The notes: a model not told the origin generated them from the sequence alone. DNA of 64,000 bases from Octopus sinensis (GCF_006345805.1 NC_043005.1:90706001-90770000); one strand, 5' to 3'. Counted from the first letter of the stretch, positions 40,486-55,015 are shown. Made by a program: numbers and translations.

Positions 40486-40905
40486 TATTTCTTTATTACC
40501 CACAAGGAGCTAAACATAGAGGGGCAAACAAGGACAGACAAACGGATTAAGTCGATTACATCGACTCCAGTGCGTAACTGGTACTTAATTTATCGACCCC
40601 GAAAGGATGAAAGGCAAAGTCGACCTCGGCGGAATTTGAACTCAGAACGTAACGACTGACGAAATACCTATTTCTTTATTACCCACAAGGGGCTAAACAC
40701 AGAGGGGACAAACAAGGACAGACATAGGTATTAAGTCGATTACATCGACCCCAGTGCGTAACTGGTACTTAATTTATCGACCCCGAAAGGATGAAAGGCA
40801 AAGTCCCCGAAAGGATGAAAGGCAAAGTCTGAAAGGCAAAGACTGACGAAATACCGCTACGCATTTCGCCCGGCGTGCTAACGTTTCAGCCAGCTCGCCG
40901 CCTTT
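40486..40905 (-). mobile_element. SINE family A dimer with internal slippage
   Basis: Two bodies; duplicated CCCCGAAAGGATGAAAGGCAAAGT. Confidence 0.88.
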
Positions 40906-41108
40906 CGAGGTTTCTTATAATCGAGACAAACCATTCTGGCATGAGGTGTTTAAGTTGTATATAAGTGAAGTCTGTCTATAGAAGCTTAAGAATGAGTGAA
41001 TGGTAACATCAATTGCATAGGGTAAGTATAATTAGATATAACACTAAATAAGTAATTAATGTTGAGAAAAGAAGAGTGTGGGAGGTATAACCAAATCTTC
41101 GGATATGA

Positions 41109-41340
41109 GGGCGGCGAGCTGGCTGAAACGTTAGCACGCCGGGCGAAATGCGTAGCCGTATTTCGTCTGCCGTTACGTTCTGAGTTCAAATTCCGCCGAG
41201 GTCGACTTTGCCTCTCATCCTTTCGGGGTCGATAAATTAAGTACCAGTTACGCACTGGGGTCGATATAATCGACTTAATCCATTTGTCTGTCCTTGTTTG
41301 TCCTCTCTGTGTGTAGCCCCTTGTGGGTAGTAAAGAAATA
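41109..41340 (+). mobile_element. SINE family A with 24-bp TSD
   Basis: AGGTATAACCAAATCTTCGGATAT at 41083-41106 and 41340-41363. Confidence 0.92.
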
Positions 41341-41379
41341 GGTATAACCAAATCTTCGGATATACCAGAGTTGATAGAA

Positions 41380-42230
41380 TGTGTGTTGGATACAGTCACG
41401 ATAGAGAGGTAATAGAGAGCACTAATACAGAATTTCAAATGAAAGAGATGAGTGCATATACGTCGGGAATTTAGATTGTAGAATGTTCTGTTTGATATGG
41501 TCAAATGTTTTGCTGATATCAAGATTTACAACACAGCCTCCACCGAAATTCTTTTGAAAAACCCCCACCTGTGTGAGATGGTGCTGAGCAATCCTCCGTT
41601 ATATCCAACTCACTGGAAACTAAGACGAGAATGACTCATCATGATGAAGGAGGCTGTTCGTTGCTGCTGTCCATACTATCTTTAAGATATTATAAAAGAG
41701 AGCGATAGGGTCAGAATGACTGCTCTGACCGAGAATGGTACATACTATCATGTTTTTCTATATGTTAGGATCGATCTCTTCAGAAAGAGATTAATCGGTG
41801 AGATGAGAATGTGAGTAAACTCTTGAGCACATCGCTTGAGGGTAATGAAGGAATTCAATTTGGCATGTTGGGTGGGATCCTTATTATTTAGTCTCAAGCC
41901 AACCTTGATCGATCAGACGCATGGCCAAAGGTATTCCAGCCATGAGCATTACATATTTTTCTTTTCAGGCATAGAATATCTTAGATTACATCACCCAATA
42001 TGTCATTCTGTTTGTCCCAGTCTACAGATATTGCTTGACTGACTGTAATTGTTCTTTGAAATGTAGACGCCAAGGAACTGGAAACTCTTTTCAGCAACAC
42101 TTTTCTTTATGCAAATATGAAAGAACACCAAAACTCTCGAGTTCTTATAGTCTAAAACAAACATATTCAGTTCTGTCAAAGGTTTAAACAATTACACTTC
42201 AAGCAATGCTGAAGCATCATCGTCAGAATT
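41380..42230 (-). mobile_element. Probable decayed CR1/L2-type LINE 3' part
   Basis: SFQFLGVYISKN and scattered downstream similarity to CR1 C-termini; many stops. Confidence 0.4.
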
Positions 42231-42691
42231 AAACTGTCTTCTTATTAACCTTTAATAATATTAACCAGCAATTAATATGTACGTACAAGTTACCAGGAAT
42301 GTGTTTAATATGTAAATTGGTCAACCCAATGCTGCTACGTCGTGAGTATTTAAGAAATGGGTTCGTGGATAGTTAATGGGTTTGATGTGGTACTGAGCAA
42401 TAACTCCTGAAATAAGTATATACATCTATTACCTATTTTTCTATCTTTGGTTGCATTATACGAATACGAAACGTCGTAACCTTCGGTGCTAACTCTAAAT
42501 TCTACAGAAAAGCTGTTGAGATAAAGTACCTTCTTTTAATATTAAATTCCATCTGAGAGTCCATTTTGTCACTGTTACCATTATCAACAGTGAGTGATTC
42601 TTACATATCACTCCCGATCTATTGTTCGTGAATTCACTTTCACGAATGCAGTAAATGGAAGAAAGGCACCCTCCACGCCCATTGATCTTCT

Positions 42692-42985
42692 AACTCGCAC
42701 GATTTTCACTAAGGTAAAAAAAAAAAGGCTTCCACTCCACCCACCCCATTTTTCGGACCCCCAAAAAGGTTTTGTAGCATATTAGGAGGTCACTGGAATT
42801 CTTTCAACGGAAAAAAAATTTTCAATGACTCCGGGGGAAGGTGGGGGAGTCCCTCTACCCTTTTCTTCCGAACCAAAATAAGGGGTTTACAGCATATTAG
42901 AAGGTCAGGGTACTTGATTCCACATAAAGAATCCAAGTGTTTTTTATTTTTTATTTTCTTAGTGAAAATCGTGTGGGTGTTATAG
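42692..42985. mobile_element. Probable MITE
   Basis: Inverted CACGATTTTCACTAAG at both ends; TSD not resolved. Confidence 0.45.
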
Positions 42986-43334
42986 AAATTTACCGTAATT
43001 TTGTTGCTATTTAGCCTGATACAGCAAACCTATCATCAAAGACATTCCAACCTTCAGCAAACCGTCTTTTTAGGGGCAATCTAGGACATTACGTACAATG
43101 GGCGTGTGATTTAGGTAGGGGAATACTTTGGCTGCTATTTTTAGCATGTCGAGCGACCAGATAGAGGCTCTTTCATTGGTTCGATTGCGTTATGAGATTT
43201 TTTTTACACATATATGTATGTACATCATCGGCAGAAGTTAGAAAGTAAGACAAAAGCTGAGGGTTTCGTGTATTGGCGCTTACGAAACATGAATTCAGTC
43301 ATTGTCACTCTATAACTTCTGCCTATTAATGTGC

Positions 43335-43443
<109 letters not shown>

Positions 43444-43772
43444 CACATTCCCATATATATTGCTATAAAAAATATCTCTGGTTATTAAAGAAGGGTTTTG
43501 TCAGGGGAGATTTTCAGTTTAAATTTTTATGTTGACGATATTCATCGTTTTGTCAATCAATGAACCCAGAAGTTGTTGTTCGCAAACAACAGCAGTAATT
43601 TTCTTCAGCTGAATACACGTCATTGATTGGTTAAAATTACCCAAATACGACAACTTTACCACGAAATAACTTCTAAAATACAAAATTTTGTCAAAAACGT
43701 TAAAAGTAAACCCTGTTCTATATGACACGTTCTACCAGTATCCAAAGTTTCAAAGTGTCTTGTTAAAAAATT

Positions 43773-44194
43773 GGATCTTTTCGGTTTGAACGGCAGTTTT
43801 TAACATAATTTCTAGGTAACTAAAAAGGTTTAAACTTCGTATACTGGTAGAATGTGTTTATAAAACATCTTTTTCTCTTAGCTTTATTGAGAAAATTCTA
43901 TAGTTTATAAGATATTTGTTGTTTTTTTTCTTCAATTTCTGCAATTTCAACCAATCAAATACGTCCATTGAGGTGAAAAAAACATTCTGTGCTGTATGAA
44001 TATGTCCCTCGTTTAAGAAACAGATTGGGTTTATTTACATTTGTGAAGAAAAAAGATAACCTTCCCACCCCCACCCATAACCCTAACCCTAACCCAAAAA
44101 ACAGATTGAAATGCAATAGATCGATACTAGGGTCATAATTATGGTTGACAATTTCATATGACAGAAAAAACTGCCGTTCAAACCGAAAAGATCA
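43773..44194. mobile_element. MITE, copy 2 of 7812-8233
   Basis: Same TIRs and body; TSD AAAAAATT; internal CCCTAA repeats. Confidence 0.9.
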
Positions 44195-44671
44195 AAAAAA
44201 TTTTTTTTTAATCTGTCGTCAAACTGAATAGATTCATTGTACGTGGTTATTATATGGAGAGTTAGTGGACGATTGAATGATATGAGTTTAATAGTAGTCG
44301 AAGGTAGATTTAAGAAGCAATACAACGTTATAATCCCTGATACTGGTTCTTTGTCAAAGCGACAACATATTTATCAGCCAAACTACTTCAACAATGTCGG
44401 CATTTATTTTCGGCAACTCCTTTATCTTTCAGCCATTATTCAAATGCATTCCGATCATTTGTACAGGAATTGCGTACTTAGTTGTCAGCTAAGAATGTTA
44501 TTAATTACAATGTTTTCATAGAGTTGCATTCATACTTCCAGTGTTTCTTCTTAATCACCAAAATATCTGTAATGTGTCTGTAAATCAGTGAACTGAATGA
44601 CTCGCAGGGATTTCAATAACGAAACTATTTTGGCTTGTGTATTTAAACTTTTATTGATATTTCATGAGGTA

Positions 44672-44884
44672 AAGGCGGCGAACTGGTAGAAACGTTAGCG
44701 CGCCGGGCGAAATGCTTAGTCTGCCGCTGCGTTCTGAGTTCAAATTCCGCCGAGGTCAACTTTGCCTTTCATCCTTTCGGGGTCGATTAAATAAGTACCA
44801 GTTACGTACTAGGGTCGATATAATCGACTTAATCCGTTTGTCTGTCCTTGTTTGTTTAGCCCCTTGTGGGTAGTAAAGAAATAG
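44672..44884 (+). mobile_element. SINE family A with ~16-bp TSD
   Basis: GATATTTCATGAGGTA on both sides. Confidence 0.88.
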
Positions 44885-45520
44885 ATATTTCATGAGGTAT
44901 TCTGAAAAACTAAGTAGCTAAAACGAAAATTATTGGATGAATTGTCGTTGTTGTTGTGTTTAGTTTCAGGTCAGTGCTGACTGAGTGCAAAACTTTGATT
45001 AAAGGCATTTAAGCCGTCTGTCTTTTTTTTTGTTCTTTTTACTTCAGGTTGTGTGCAATGTCGTCTTGCCATTTTTTTTTTCAAGACAGTAATAGCTGTG
45101 ATTTGAGGCTGTTTCTAGCAGATCGAGCTACCGCGTAGAGACTTCGTCGGAACGTTAATGGGCATGTGCATATATCATTTGTGTCAACCTACCTACAGCT
45201 CACATTCCACATTCCATATATTTAAGGTGGATTGTTGCATCTGTCCTAACCACTTCATATGCGTATGCACCGCATCCGTGCGCACACATAACTGATCTGC
45301 AGTTTGTCTTTTTTTCTTTTGTTTCTCTTTACATTGGTAATCTATCAGGATTTTAACCTTGATGCTCAAAACAAATCAAGGAAGTAAATAATATGAGAGA
45401 CAAAACTTGTAAATGCTGGCTTCTTATTTCTTAATTTTTGCTAACTCCAATTGTGTTTCAAATATATGTTATAATATTAAGTATGTAACTGAGTTGGTTT
45501 CCTGTTCCAGTTTCTGTGCA

Positions 45521-45556
<36 letters not shown>

Positions 45557-45682
45557 TGTGCGTGCGTGCGTATGTATCATTTGTGGTATATTCCTTTGAT
45601 GGCTTGTTGCATCGTTTCTCAAATAACTTATATAAACGACTTCTTGACTGACAGAATTCAAAAATTTAGCGTTCAAAACTAC

Positions 45683-45725
<43 letters not shown>

Positions 45726-45792
45726 TCATATACGCACTCAAAGAGAGAGGAGGTGTAGGGAGAGAGAGAAGAGACGGTGAAAGAGGGCGAAC

Positions 45793-45826
<34 letters not shown>

Positions 45827-47129
45827 GAGAGAGAGAGTGAGAGAGGGGGATAAAGATAAGTTTTTATCCACTGCTTAATTATATCTAACTTCATCAGAAA
45901 TCACATCTGTCAGATAGTGCTTCTTACAAGTAATTTACTTGTAAGCTCGGATTTTAAAAATGTTTATTGGACGAGAACATAAACAAACAGTGGTGGAAAA
46001 CATGAGAGAGATTGGTGGGAAACAGTGGCGGCTCGAAGATAAAAGTAGTTGGGGTGCTGCTTCGGAAAATGTTTAGCCGTTGTTTTAATATTGTGTAAAA
46101 GGAAACAAACATATAAAAAGAAAGTTTATACATAGACTTGATCAGTTCGTGTTTTAGCCACTGCCAGGTGGTGTGTTTAATTTGTTCGCTGAACACAGCC
46201 GTGAATTCCCCCTTGTTTTTCAACCCTGCCCAAATCACAAAATAAGGGGGGGAAATCTGCCCTATTTTTCAAATCCTGGCAGCAACACTGTAGCTGGGAG
46301 CAGGATAATAATCTAATTCTACACTTTATTCACATTCAAGAATATAAACACGTTTTTAAGCACAACACACGCGGAGTCAAAAAGAAACACCACCTTTCAC
46401 CAGCACGCCAGGGTTGGCACTATTGTGCCATACAAGCACTACAATAACGCGATGCAGAGTGGCTGGTTGTCTATTCAATTGCCGTCTGCCTCAGCCACCG
46501 AACCGACCACCTTTTATCCATGACAGCGTATTTAACAATGTGAAACTAAGGACATTTAGTTTCGTATCATTACAACACGCACTGCGGGAACCACAGTGCT
46601 CTCTCTCTCTCTCTCTCCCTAGCGTGAAGCTTCCTATGTTGGACATGTGAGCATGCGTACAACAACCAAACACCGCGTAACTGGAACAGTGAAGCGCACA
46701 GTTCTATACAAGGACTTTTGTATCATTTTCATAAACAAGGGGATGGCTACTGACATTAAGCTTAAGGTTTATATAATGTACAAGTATAAAGAAAGAATTA
46801 AAGAAAAAGGGACTCATTATATTGAGTGGAATAGGGGGTGCTGCAGTTTCGCAGTGCCTATACACAAGCCGCCACTAGTGGAAAATATTTTAAACATTAA
46901 TATGTTTAAAACAAACAAACGCGAAAGAAATTAGGAAAATTGGTGAAGAGGCTCCTATGTAAGTTGTGTAATATAAAGCAGAAAATACTCAGTATATATC
47001 TAGTCCTTGTGTTCAAAGAAAGGTACAACACAATGATCATGCGTGAAAACCTCTCAGCTTTTAAATAAGATTCCATTCATCCATCAATATTCACCTTCAT
47101 TTTCTGGGAGAGTTATGGGAATACTGTCT

Positions 47130-47375
47130 TCAGGAACCCCCTCCATAGAATCTTATCGGAGGCAATTGCCATTAGGCTATGTGTATTATCCAACCATTTT
47201 GTCCTAGGTCTACCCTGAGTCCTCTGCCGGTTGGTTCGACTTTAATAATTCGTTTTGCGAGTCTTTCCTGCGACATTCTAATCACATGTTGGTAGTACCT
47301 GAGCAGTAACCTCTCAATGCATACAAATAGCGGATCAACCTTGATAGATACTGATTTCCAAGCTACGCACTTTAT
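47130..47375 (-). mobile_element. RTE 3' fragment
   Basis: VDPLFVCIERLLLRYYQHVIRMSQERLAKRIIKVEPTG, a relative of 38465-39120. Confidence 0.75.
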
Positions 47376-47531
47376 CAAGTAAAATTACTCTAGAGATTCT
47401 CTTTCACTCGTTTGTATTTACGATCGTACTCTTTCGATTTTTATCCAACATTCACGGCTATAAGTGAGGACAGGCACGAAAACCGAACCGAAGATTGAAA
47501 AATAAAACGTTGACAGCAGAATAGTAATATA

Positions 47532-48043
47532 CTGTAATCATTCATCATATCGCGGTTCGCCTATCGCGCCCTCAGTACATCACGGATTTTTCTGGCTGAT
47601 ATATGTAAATTTATATCGCGGACTCCTCAGTATATCGCGGGATTCTGCGGCCGATAGGTATTTATATTTTTTCAGATTTTAATTATTTCTGTGGTGAAAT
47701 AAGCATTTTCCCGCCTAAAAATTAATAAATCGGGAAATAAAAACACAGTACAGCACTTCACTGTATAACTCATTAACCAAAATATAATAAAAGAAAATAC
47801 GTGTGTACTGTAGATGAATGAACAAAGAATCGTAAATACTATATGGAAAACGAAACTCGGGTGGTATGGTGTTGTTTTGCATTTGTGTGTAAAATTGTGA
47901 ATTTATTTCAAGCCCTACGGTGTCGACCAAACATTCTGCACTTTCTAAAAATATACAGAACGGTACTGTTTCTGCTTCTCGGATTTTCACCTATCGCGTG
48001 GGGTTTTGGAACGTAGCACTCGCTATACGTCGAGGGCTTACTG
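47532..48043. mobile_element. Probable pogo/Tigger-like MITE
   Basis: Imperfect CAGTAA..CCTCG-type termini with TA flanks. Confidence 0.45.
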
Positions 48044-49353
48044 TATTTTGACATTGACTAGTATGTGTGCGTAGACAAGAAGAAAAAAACGATAAGCCTT
48101 CAATATTAGGATCGTATTCCCTTTCGTCATTAACTCGGAGGCATTTATCTGCGAAGAAAACTCTAGTAATATGCCCGTCAAGGCTGTAAAAACAAACTTG
48201 CACTCGTTCCAGACTTGAAACCGTTCATTAAGCTTTTTATTTCCTATGGGCTCCATCCAATCAAAGTTACAAGTTTCCCGTCAGGTTGCTTTTTTTTTTG
48301 TACTATATCACGCTGGTGATATGTTCAATCTTGGTTCTATTAATTCAGTAATACTTCAGAGTTAGATAATCTCCACACATGCACATGTAATTCCCTTTCC
48401 TTATATTAACAATATACAAGCGATTCAAGAGGAGAAACCAGGAAAACAATTCCCACGCTATCTCTTCAGTCAAGTTTCATGTAGCAGCATCAAGTGCACA
48501 TTGCGAAAGAAACAAACCCAGAACACTATTTCATCATAATGAACAATACAGATCTTAAGCCTCACTGTCTATGTAACCAACGCTGGAAATATGTTGTTCA
48601 CGAACATGAACTAACTCTCCATTAAAAAAAAGTCACACGATTGAGTCGGCGAAATACTTGCACACGTGAAGTTCCTGGTTTTAAAATTGATTTAAGTGCG
48701 TAATGATTGAAAAGAACGAACTGCTGTGCGTTATTTCCTGAGCATTGTTATTGTCGATTTGGAAACTGCTAAATTAATTTTCCGATGATATTTCACTAAT
48801 GACATATGCACTAAACCCGTCAGTATCAAGGATTCTGAAAAAAATAAAGTCCTGGACAAATTGAGAGGTCTGAGGTTCGTATCGTGTTACTGGAAATTTA
48901 ATTTTTTATGGATTGGTCTGGAGAAAGAGTGTGTCTATTGTCACACGTAACCAGTTGAATTTGTTGTCAAATGTCCGAGTCATTCTAGCTATAAATGAAT
49001 ATTAAAGCCAGGAATAACCTTTTACACTATTAAAATAACTACTTGTTCATTTCGTAGTAATGAGTTCGATTTCTACTGTGGGTGCATGTTTCATCGTATA
49101 GCAATACTCGACCGTTCTATGTTGTGATATGAAATCGTCATTGACGGTGAACTGAAAGAAGTAAGGTATTTTGTTGTGACTCTTTGTCTTGAGGACATCT
49201 TTAACTTTCATCTTTCATGTAGTGAGATCGTTGCAATCAGTCACACACCTTCTCCCAAATTTGAGACGTTGTGCATATGGTGGAAATAAATATTGAATAC
49301 AATGTATTGCCTGTCATCTCCAACGGATGTTTTACTCTCTTTGACCGAAGTGA

Positions 49354-49707
49354 TCTCTCTATATATAAAGCTGAAGTTGTCTGTGTATGACAGGTTTGGT
49401 AGCCTTCAATTAACACTATCTCCTCCGAGACCCTGCGGCGCAAGTTGACCAAAATTGAGAGTATGATAGAAGAAGGCTTGCTCTTCCTTCCGTAGAAGAA
49501 AAAAATTCAAATCGGACCATGTTAACACCAAAAATTATTTACATCAAAAAGGTGCTTTTTTTCTATGAAAATCCCTATTTTTTACGATTTTTTGACTGCC
49601 GTGTCACCATTTTTTGGTGTATTTCAACCAGAAAAATGTTCACTTAAAGAGAATAACAAGCTACATGATGCAAAATTTTTACTTTTCAAAAATTCCAATT
49701 CTACTAG
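49354..49707 (+). mobile_element. Non-autonomous Helitron, copy 4 (subterminal hairpin missing)
   Basis: TC...AATTCTA-CTAG; about 40 nt present in the other copies are absent; A|T target. Confidence 0.82.
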
Positions 49708-52050
49708 TAATTGTTATTATTTAGTCCTAAGTAGGACCAAAGGCTTTCCAACCATAGTTATAATTTTTTTTTTCTACAGGGAAAACGTTCCTCGTTCACA
49801 ATATCCATTGTATCTAGACAATAAAGTATGATTTTAGGGAGATTTGGCTGCTATTTGCTGCAGGTCGAGCAAGCACGCAATTGTTTCTTTCTGGCTAATA
49901 ATGGTTTCTTACAAAGGAGATGTAACGTGAAAGCTTTAAGTGGGAACAGAATATTGTGATATTCATGCCTTTCCGAAGAGGAAATCACGGAACAGGGAAA
50001 AAAGATAACAGTTCTCCTGCACACCAAACGTACTTAAATGTAAGGTGTTTATTCTCCCACTGAGGCACCACATTGATAAGAACCGAAAATATGAAACCAT
50101 TTGTGGTGTGAAAGGGATCAGGTAACGGCAAAACAAAATCGACAGAGCACTACATCACTTGGTTCTATTTTAGAAAGATAAATAGAATGAAAAGCGACCG
50201 AAATTACATTCAGCGGGAGTTCAAAACCATACAAAAGGAATCAGTTTGTGTATTCTGTGTATATAACATATTGCGTGCGCACACACTTACACACACACAC
50301 ACACACACAAAACTTCTCCCAAATTTGATGCATATCTATACACACACGTATAGATAAGTAGAAAGAACAGTGGCGAAAGAGAATTGCTGTGTTAAGAACG
50401 ATGAAAATTATATAGCTGGGTGTCAGGTTATCGAAAATTTTAGGCGTCGTCTCCTGCAGATAGGAACTGGAGGGTAGAAGGTAGAATAGGAGAAAAAAAA
50501 CAGCAATATCAATGTCACTCACAGTAATTAATATGATGGTGTAAGAAGACACGGGGAAGGAAGAAGAAGAAGAAGAAGAAACAGAATGAAAAGAAAAGTG
50601 GGTGTGAAATAGTGAAAGTGAAACATATATACCTGTATTTTACATGGCTAAATATATACAGCGTCAAATATTACCGTTCCCACTCTTACCCCACAGAATC
50701 GTTTTTAACCCTCCCAACCAACCACCTTTCTTTCAGCTTCTCACCTCATTGTCTACTTTTTCCTTTTCTTCTCTTTCTTTTTAATTTATTTGTTTTTCTT
50801 TTCTTTTTCTTTTTCTTATCATTTTCTTACTCGTCATATCCCTTTCTCATTTCTTTCTTTCTCACTATTTTCTCACACTCTCTAACTCCGTCTGTTATCT
50901 TGTTCTATTCTCCCATCTTCGCTCATTCTTTCCCACCTGCTTCTCCGTATGGTTGCAATTTTCGCATAACGTCGACTTCTTTAGAAACGTTCGCATTATC
51001 GGAGAGTCGGTCAAAAAAACAGGGTCAAGTTTTTCGAAAAGGTTCTTCAACCAAGGTAAATGCTTTTATTTATACGTCCATATACACACACACATTGACT
51101 TTCATACTCAGTGATACATAGTTTCTAGTGACGGAAATCTTTTTCTTAAAATTACTACATAATGGGCCGTCCATCGAGCAGTATATCGTGTGGTGTTTGA
51201 TTACGTTCTGGGTTCAAATCCCACCAAGACCGTTAAAAATTTTATGTCCTTCTCATTTTTGCAAAAGTGAAATCATTATACCTTTACGGCTATGGAGATT
51301 CTTGTGGTAACGTAACGTTAAATTTAGAATACTCTTGAGCATTATATTTAATTAGACTTTCCATTTAAGTCAAACCGTTCAATAGTCTTTACAGTATCTA
51401 CTTTGTTTAATAGAATAAATGTGCAAACTCTAAACCGCACCGAAGTCCAACCGACTTCAATAGAATACCTGTAAAATATTGGGATGACAATTATTGGTGG
51501 CATCACTTCTTCTGTAAATAAATAAATAAATAACAATAAAACGTGAAGGAGGCCTCTAAGTGGTCATTCGATTTGCTTTGCAGTCAAATGTCTGTAAAAC
51601 GAAACCCTACAACATTAACCCATTTGGTACCATATTTTTATTGAAATACTCTGCCTTTGTATCAGTTTTGAAATTAATGAAGAATTTAGTAAAATAACTT
51701 TGTCCTTATTAAGCTGAGGTTTTTGAATATAAATTAACACGCCATTTTGACGGAAGGTTGTAACTTAGAGTATTTTAAAACAGGAAATTTGATTTATGGA
51801 ACAAAGGGCGGTTTGGACGGTTTGAGACAGGGCGAATAAGAAAAGGACACATGAAATAATCTAGTCCCCCAACACTCTTGCAAAGACTGATAAACATGGC
51901 TGGAACGCCTTTGATCATAGATCTGCACGAGAGGCGCTGGCCGAAGGTTAAACAAGTGGCTTAGTCAGTAGGCAGTCTTTTTTCCCGCCTCTCTCCACTT
52001 CTTTCCGCCGTCTGTTGTTTTTGCAGTTGATACTGATGTTGTTGTTTAAA

Positions 52051-52280
52051 GGCGGCGAGCTGGCAGAATCGTTAGCACGCCGGGCGAAATGCGTAGCCGT
52101 ACTTCGTCTGCCGTTACGTTCCGAGTTCAAATTCCGCCGAGGTCGACTTTGCCTCTCATCCTTTCGGGGTCGATAAATTAAATACCAGTTACGCACTAGG
52201 ATCGATGTAATCGACTTAATCCGTTTGCCTGTCCTTGTTTGTCTCCTCTATGTTTAGCCCCTTTTGGGTAGTAAAGAAAC
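52051..52280 (+). mobile_element. SINE family A with ~18-bp TSD
   Basis: GATACTGATGTTGTTGTT on both sides. Confidence 0.9.
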
Positions 52281-53570
52281 AGATACTGATGTTGTTGTTC
52301 AGTCCTATTCAAGCAGATCGATGTTTGCTTACCTTGATATTGTTGTATTATCCCTAGTCAGTCCAGATCGAACAGATCTATCGGTCAAAGCCCTTCTAAC
52401 CGTGTCTAACAATTTTCTTTTATATCTTCATCATCTCGTGTTTTAAGACAGGAAAGTGAATTTTGCATGAGATTTAGCTACTATTTCTAATTGATTGAGC
52501 GACCACCTGGAGTTTTCCTTCTTTGTTTATGCTAATATTGTTGTTTACCAAACCTCCCCTCAACCCCCCTCCACCACCACCACCACCACCACCAAATTGA
52601 GCAGACTTATGATTAAAAGCGCTCTAGTTGTGATTTTTGTGACTTTTGCTTTATTTTTCAGACTATAATATTTAATACGCTTATTGTTTTTGAAGACGGC
52701 AGTAAGATTTGATGAAGGTTTGGCTGCTATTTCTAGCAAATCAAACGCCCACATAAAAACCCTCTTGTTGGCTCATATCATTGGCTCTGCTGTTGTTAAT
52801 CTCTGGTTAACCCTTATGAAGCAGACCTATGATCAAAATCATTCCAGCATCGACGAATATCCCATTCCCAGACTTCTTTTGATATCGAAGAATATACAGT
52901 TCAGTGTATCCTATTCTCGATAGAGAATCACTTGAGAGAGAGAGATTGTGCTGTCATTTCTAGTAGGCTAAGCAACCTTATAGGGGCTCTCTGTATGACA
53001 AATCGTTGCGGGTGAAGAAATGTTTGATATCGTCAAAATCCGAAAAATCTCCCCAGTCTGCTTCACCCAAAGAATTGTCATCCCAGCACACAGCGAGCAT
53101 ACTTTGTATAAGGATAACAAAATTTCATTCATTTATGAATTTGTTTTGCAAAGATTCCTGATGTGAAATCGTGTATTGAAACAATTATTTCAGGATAGTC
53201 ATTATCTTTTTTTTTTTGGCTAAATAAACACATGCACTATGTACTCGTTCTTCACTTCAGGTTTATTGTATTATTGTTCTTATTTTATGTCATATGTCTG
53301 GAAATCTGGTGGTGGTGGTGGTGGTGGTGGTGGTGGCGATGGTGGTGGTGGCGGTAATGGTGTTGGTGGTGGTTGTTTAGCAACAAGACGGGTAAGGGTG
53401 ATTAGGTGATGGTCTAGGGCTTAGGGGCGGGAGACCTCAGACCTTGGAAAAAAAAACTTTGGTCGTCTTGTTGTAGTTGAGGGCTCTTCGTTGACGCCCG
53501 ACACTACTGGGAAGTGACCCTCGAAGTCGCTAGAAATGGAAATCTCCAGGTGCAAATTCCTGAACGGCTG

Positions 53571-53602
<32 letters not shown>

Positions 53603-53610
53603 GGAGATGA

Positions 53611-53659
<49 letters not shown>

Positions 53660-53715
53660 CTGATCTTAACCCTGACACCAAATCAAAAAAAAATTATCAT
53701 CCCAAGTGCTGTCAC

Positions 53716-53776
53716 CTGAAAAAGATTGATCTTCCCAGGATATTCCATACTCGTAGAATAGTCGCCCTGCTAAAAT
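53716..53776 (-). CDS. Candidate exon
   Basis: Reads ILAGRLFYEYGISWEDQSFS; CAG|gtgaca donor; weak acceptor. Confidence 0.25.
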
Positions 53777-53925
53777 CTGGGCGGACGATTCTTATATATT
53801 TCTACTTTGACATCACCAGAAATATTCATTTACATTGAGCCCTGGAAAAGTGTATGGAAATCCATTTGGAGCAGCAACTGGCTATTGTGTGTTTATGATC
53901 GACTTTGCCTTTCGTCCTTTTAGAG

Positions 53926-54706
53926 CAATGGTTCTCAACCGGGTCCATGTGGCTCCGGTCCATCCAGTGCTAGATTAACCATTAAGCAAAATAAGCATGA
54001 GCTTAGGGCATCAAAGAAGGTGGTGGGGGCACCACAGAATTGGTAAATGGCTTACGGCACAAAAGAAATCACTTTAAACTTGCTAAAATAATATTCATGA
54101 TCAGAAATATAATTTCAAAGTGTTCATGGTGTAATATAGAGGATCTGACCAAAGACTTTGCTATTAAAAAAAGATAGGAGCAAACTTTTCAAATATAAAT
54201 AAAGTGGAATTATACAAAATTAAACATTATTTTCCATCTTACTGTTAATTCTGTTTCATTTTGGAAAATATAAATTTATTTTATGGTTTATCGTTGTTTA
54301 TATTTTGAATTCCATATATACGGGGGCATCAAAATCTATTAAATGCTTAGGGCCTCTATGGGTCCTAATCCGGCCCTGGGTCCATATAAGATTGGCCGGG
54401 GGGGGGGGGTCCACGTAACAAAATAGTAAATTGGGGATCCACCATAGTATTTTAAGGGCCCTGAAAAAAATGGTACATTAGATGTATGTATTGGTATGTA
54501 TTGTAAGAAACAGGTTTCTTTCATAAACATTTTACATAGTTCAACCTACACAAGTTTAGGTGTGAAAAACAAAATAGGAATTTTGGAAGAAGTTTCCAGA
54601 AAACTAAATTTTAAATATCGGATGGCTATGGGGGTCCAGAATAAGACCCCCAGAGTAAGATAGTAATCAAAGGAGTCCATAGATGAAAAATGGTTGAGAA
54701 CTCCTG
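53926..54706. mobile_element. hAT-type MITE containing a nested hAT-type MITE (53965-54378), itself inside a family A SINE
   Basis: Outer TIR CAATGGTTCTCAACC and GGTTGAGAACTCCTG; inner CAGTGCTAGATTA and TAATCCGGCCCTG with 7/8 TSD GGTCCATC/GGTCCATA. Confidence 0.78.
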
Positions 54707-54829
54707 TTTTGGCGGATGAAATAAGTACCAGTTACGCACTGGGTTGATGTAATCGATTAGCCCCCATCTCCAAACTCCCAGGCCTTGTGCTTATATTAGA
54801 AAGGCGTATTCTTTTATTTTCTTTTATTA

Positions 54830-55015
54830 TTTGTCTCTTTCGTTTGACTTCGGCCATTCTGGAGCACTGCCTTAAAGGGTTTTAGTCGAACAAATCGACC
54901 CCAGGACTTATTCTTTGTAAGCCTAGTACTTATTCTATCAGTCTTTTGCCGAACCGCTAAGTTACAGGGACATAAGCACACCAGCATCGATTGTCAAGCG
55001 ATGGTGAGAGGACAA

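Noticed and set aside
45923-45945. Perfect 10-bp inverted repeat CTTACAAGTA-ATT-TACTTGTAAG giving GTAAG donors on both strands
   Set aside because: No supporting exon was found on either strand; it is short enough to be chance.
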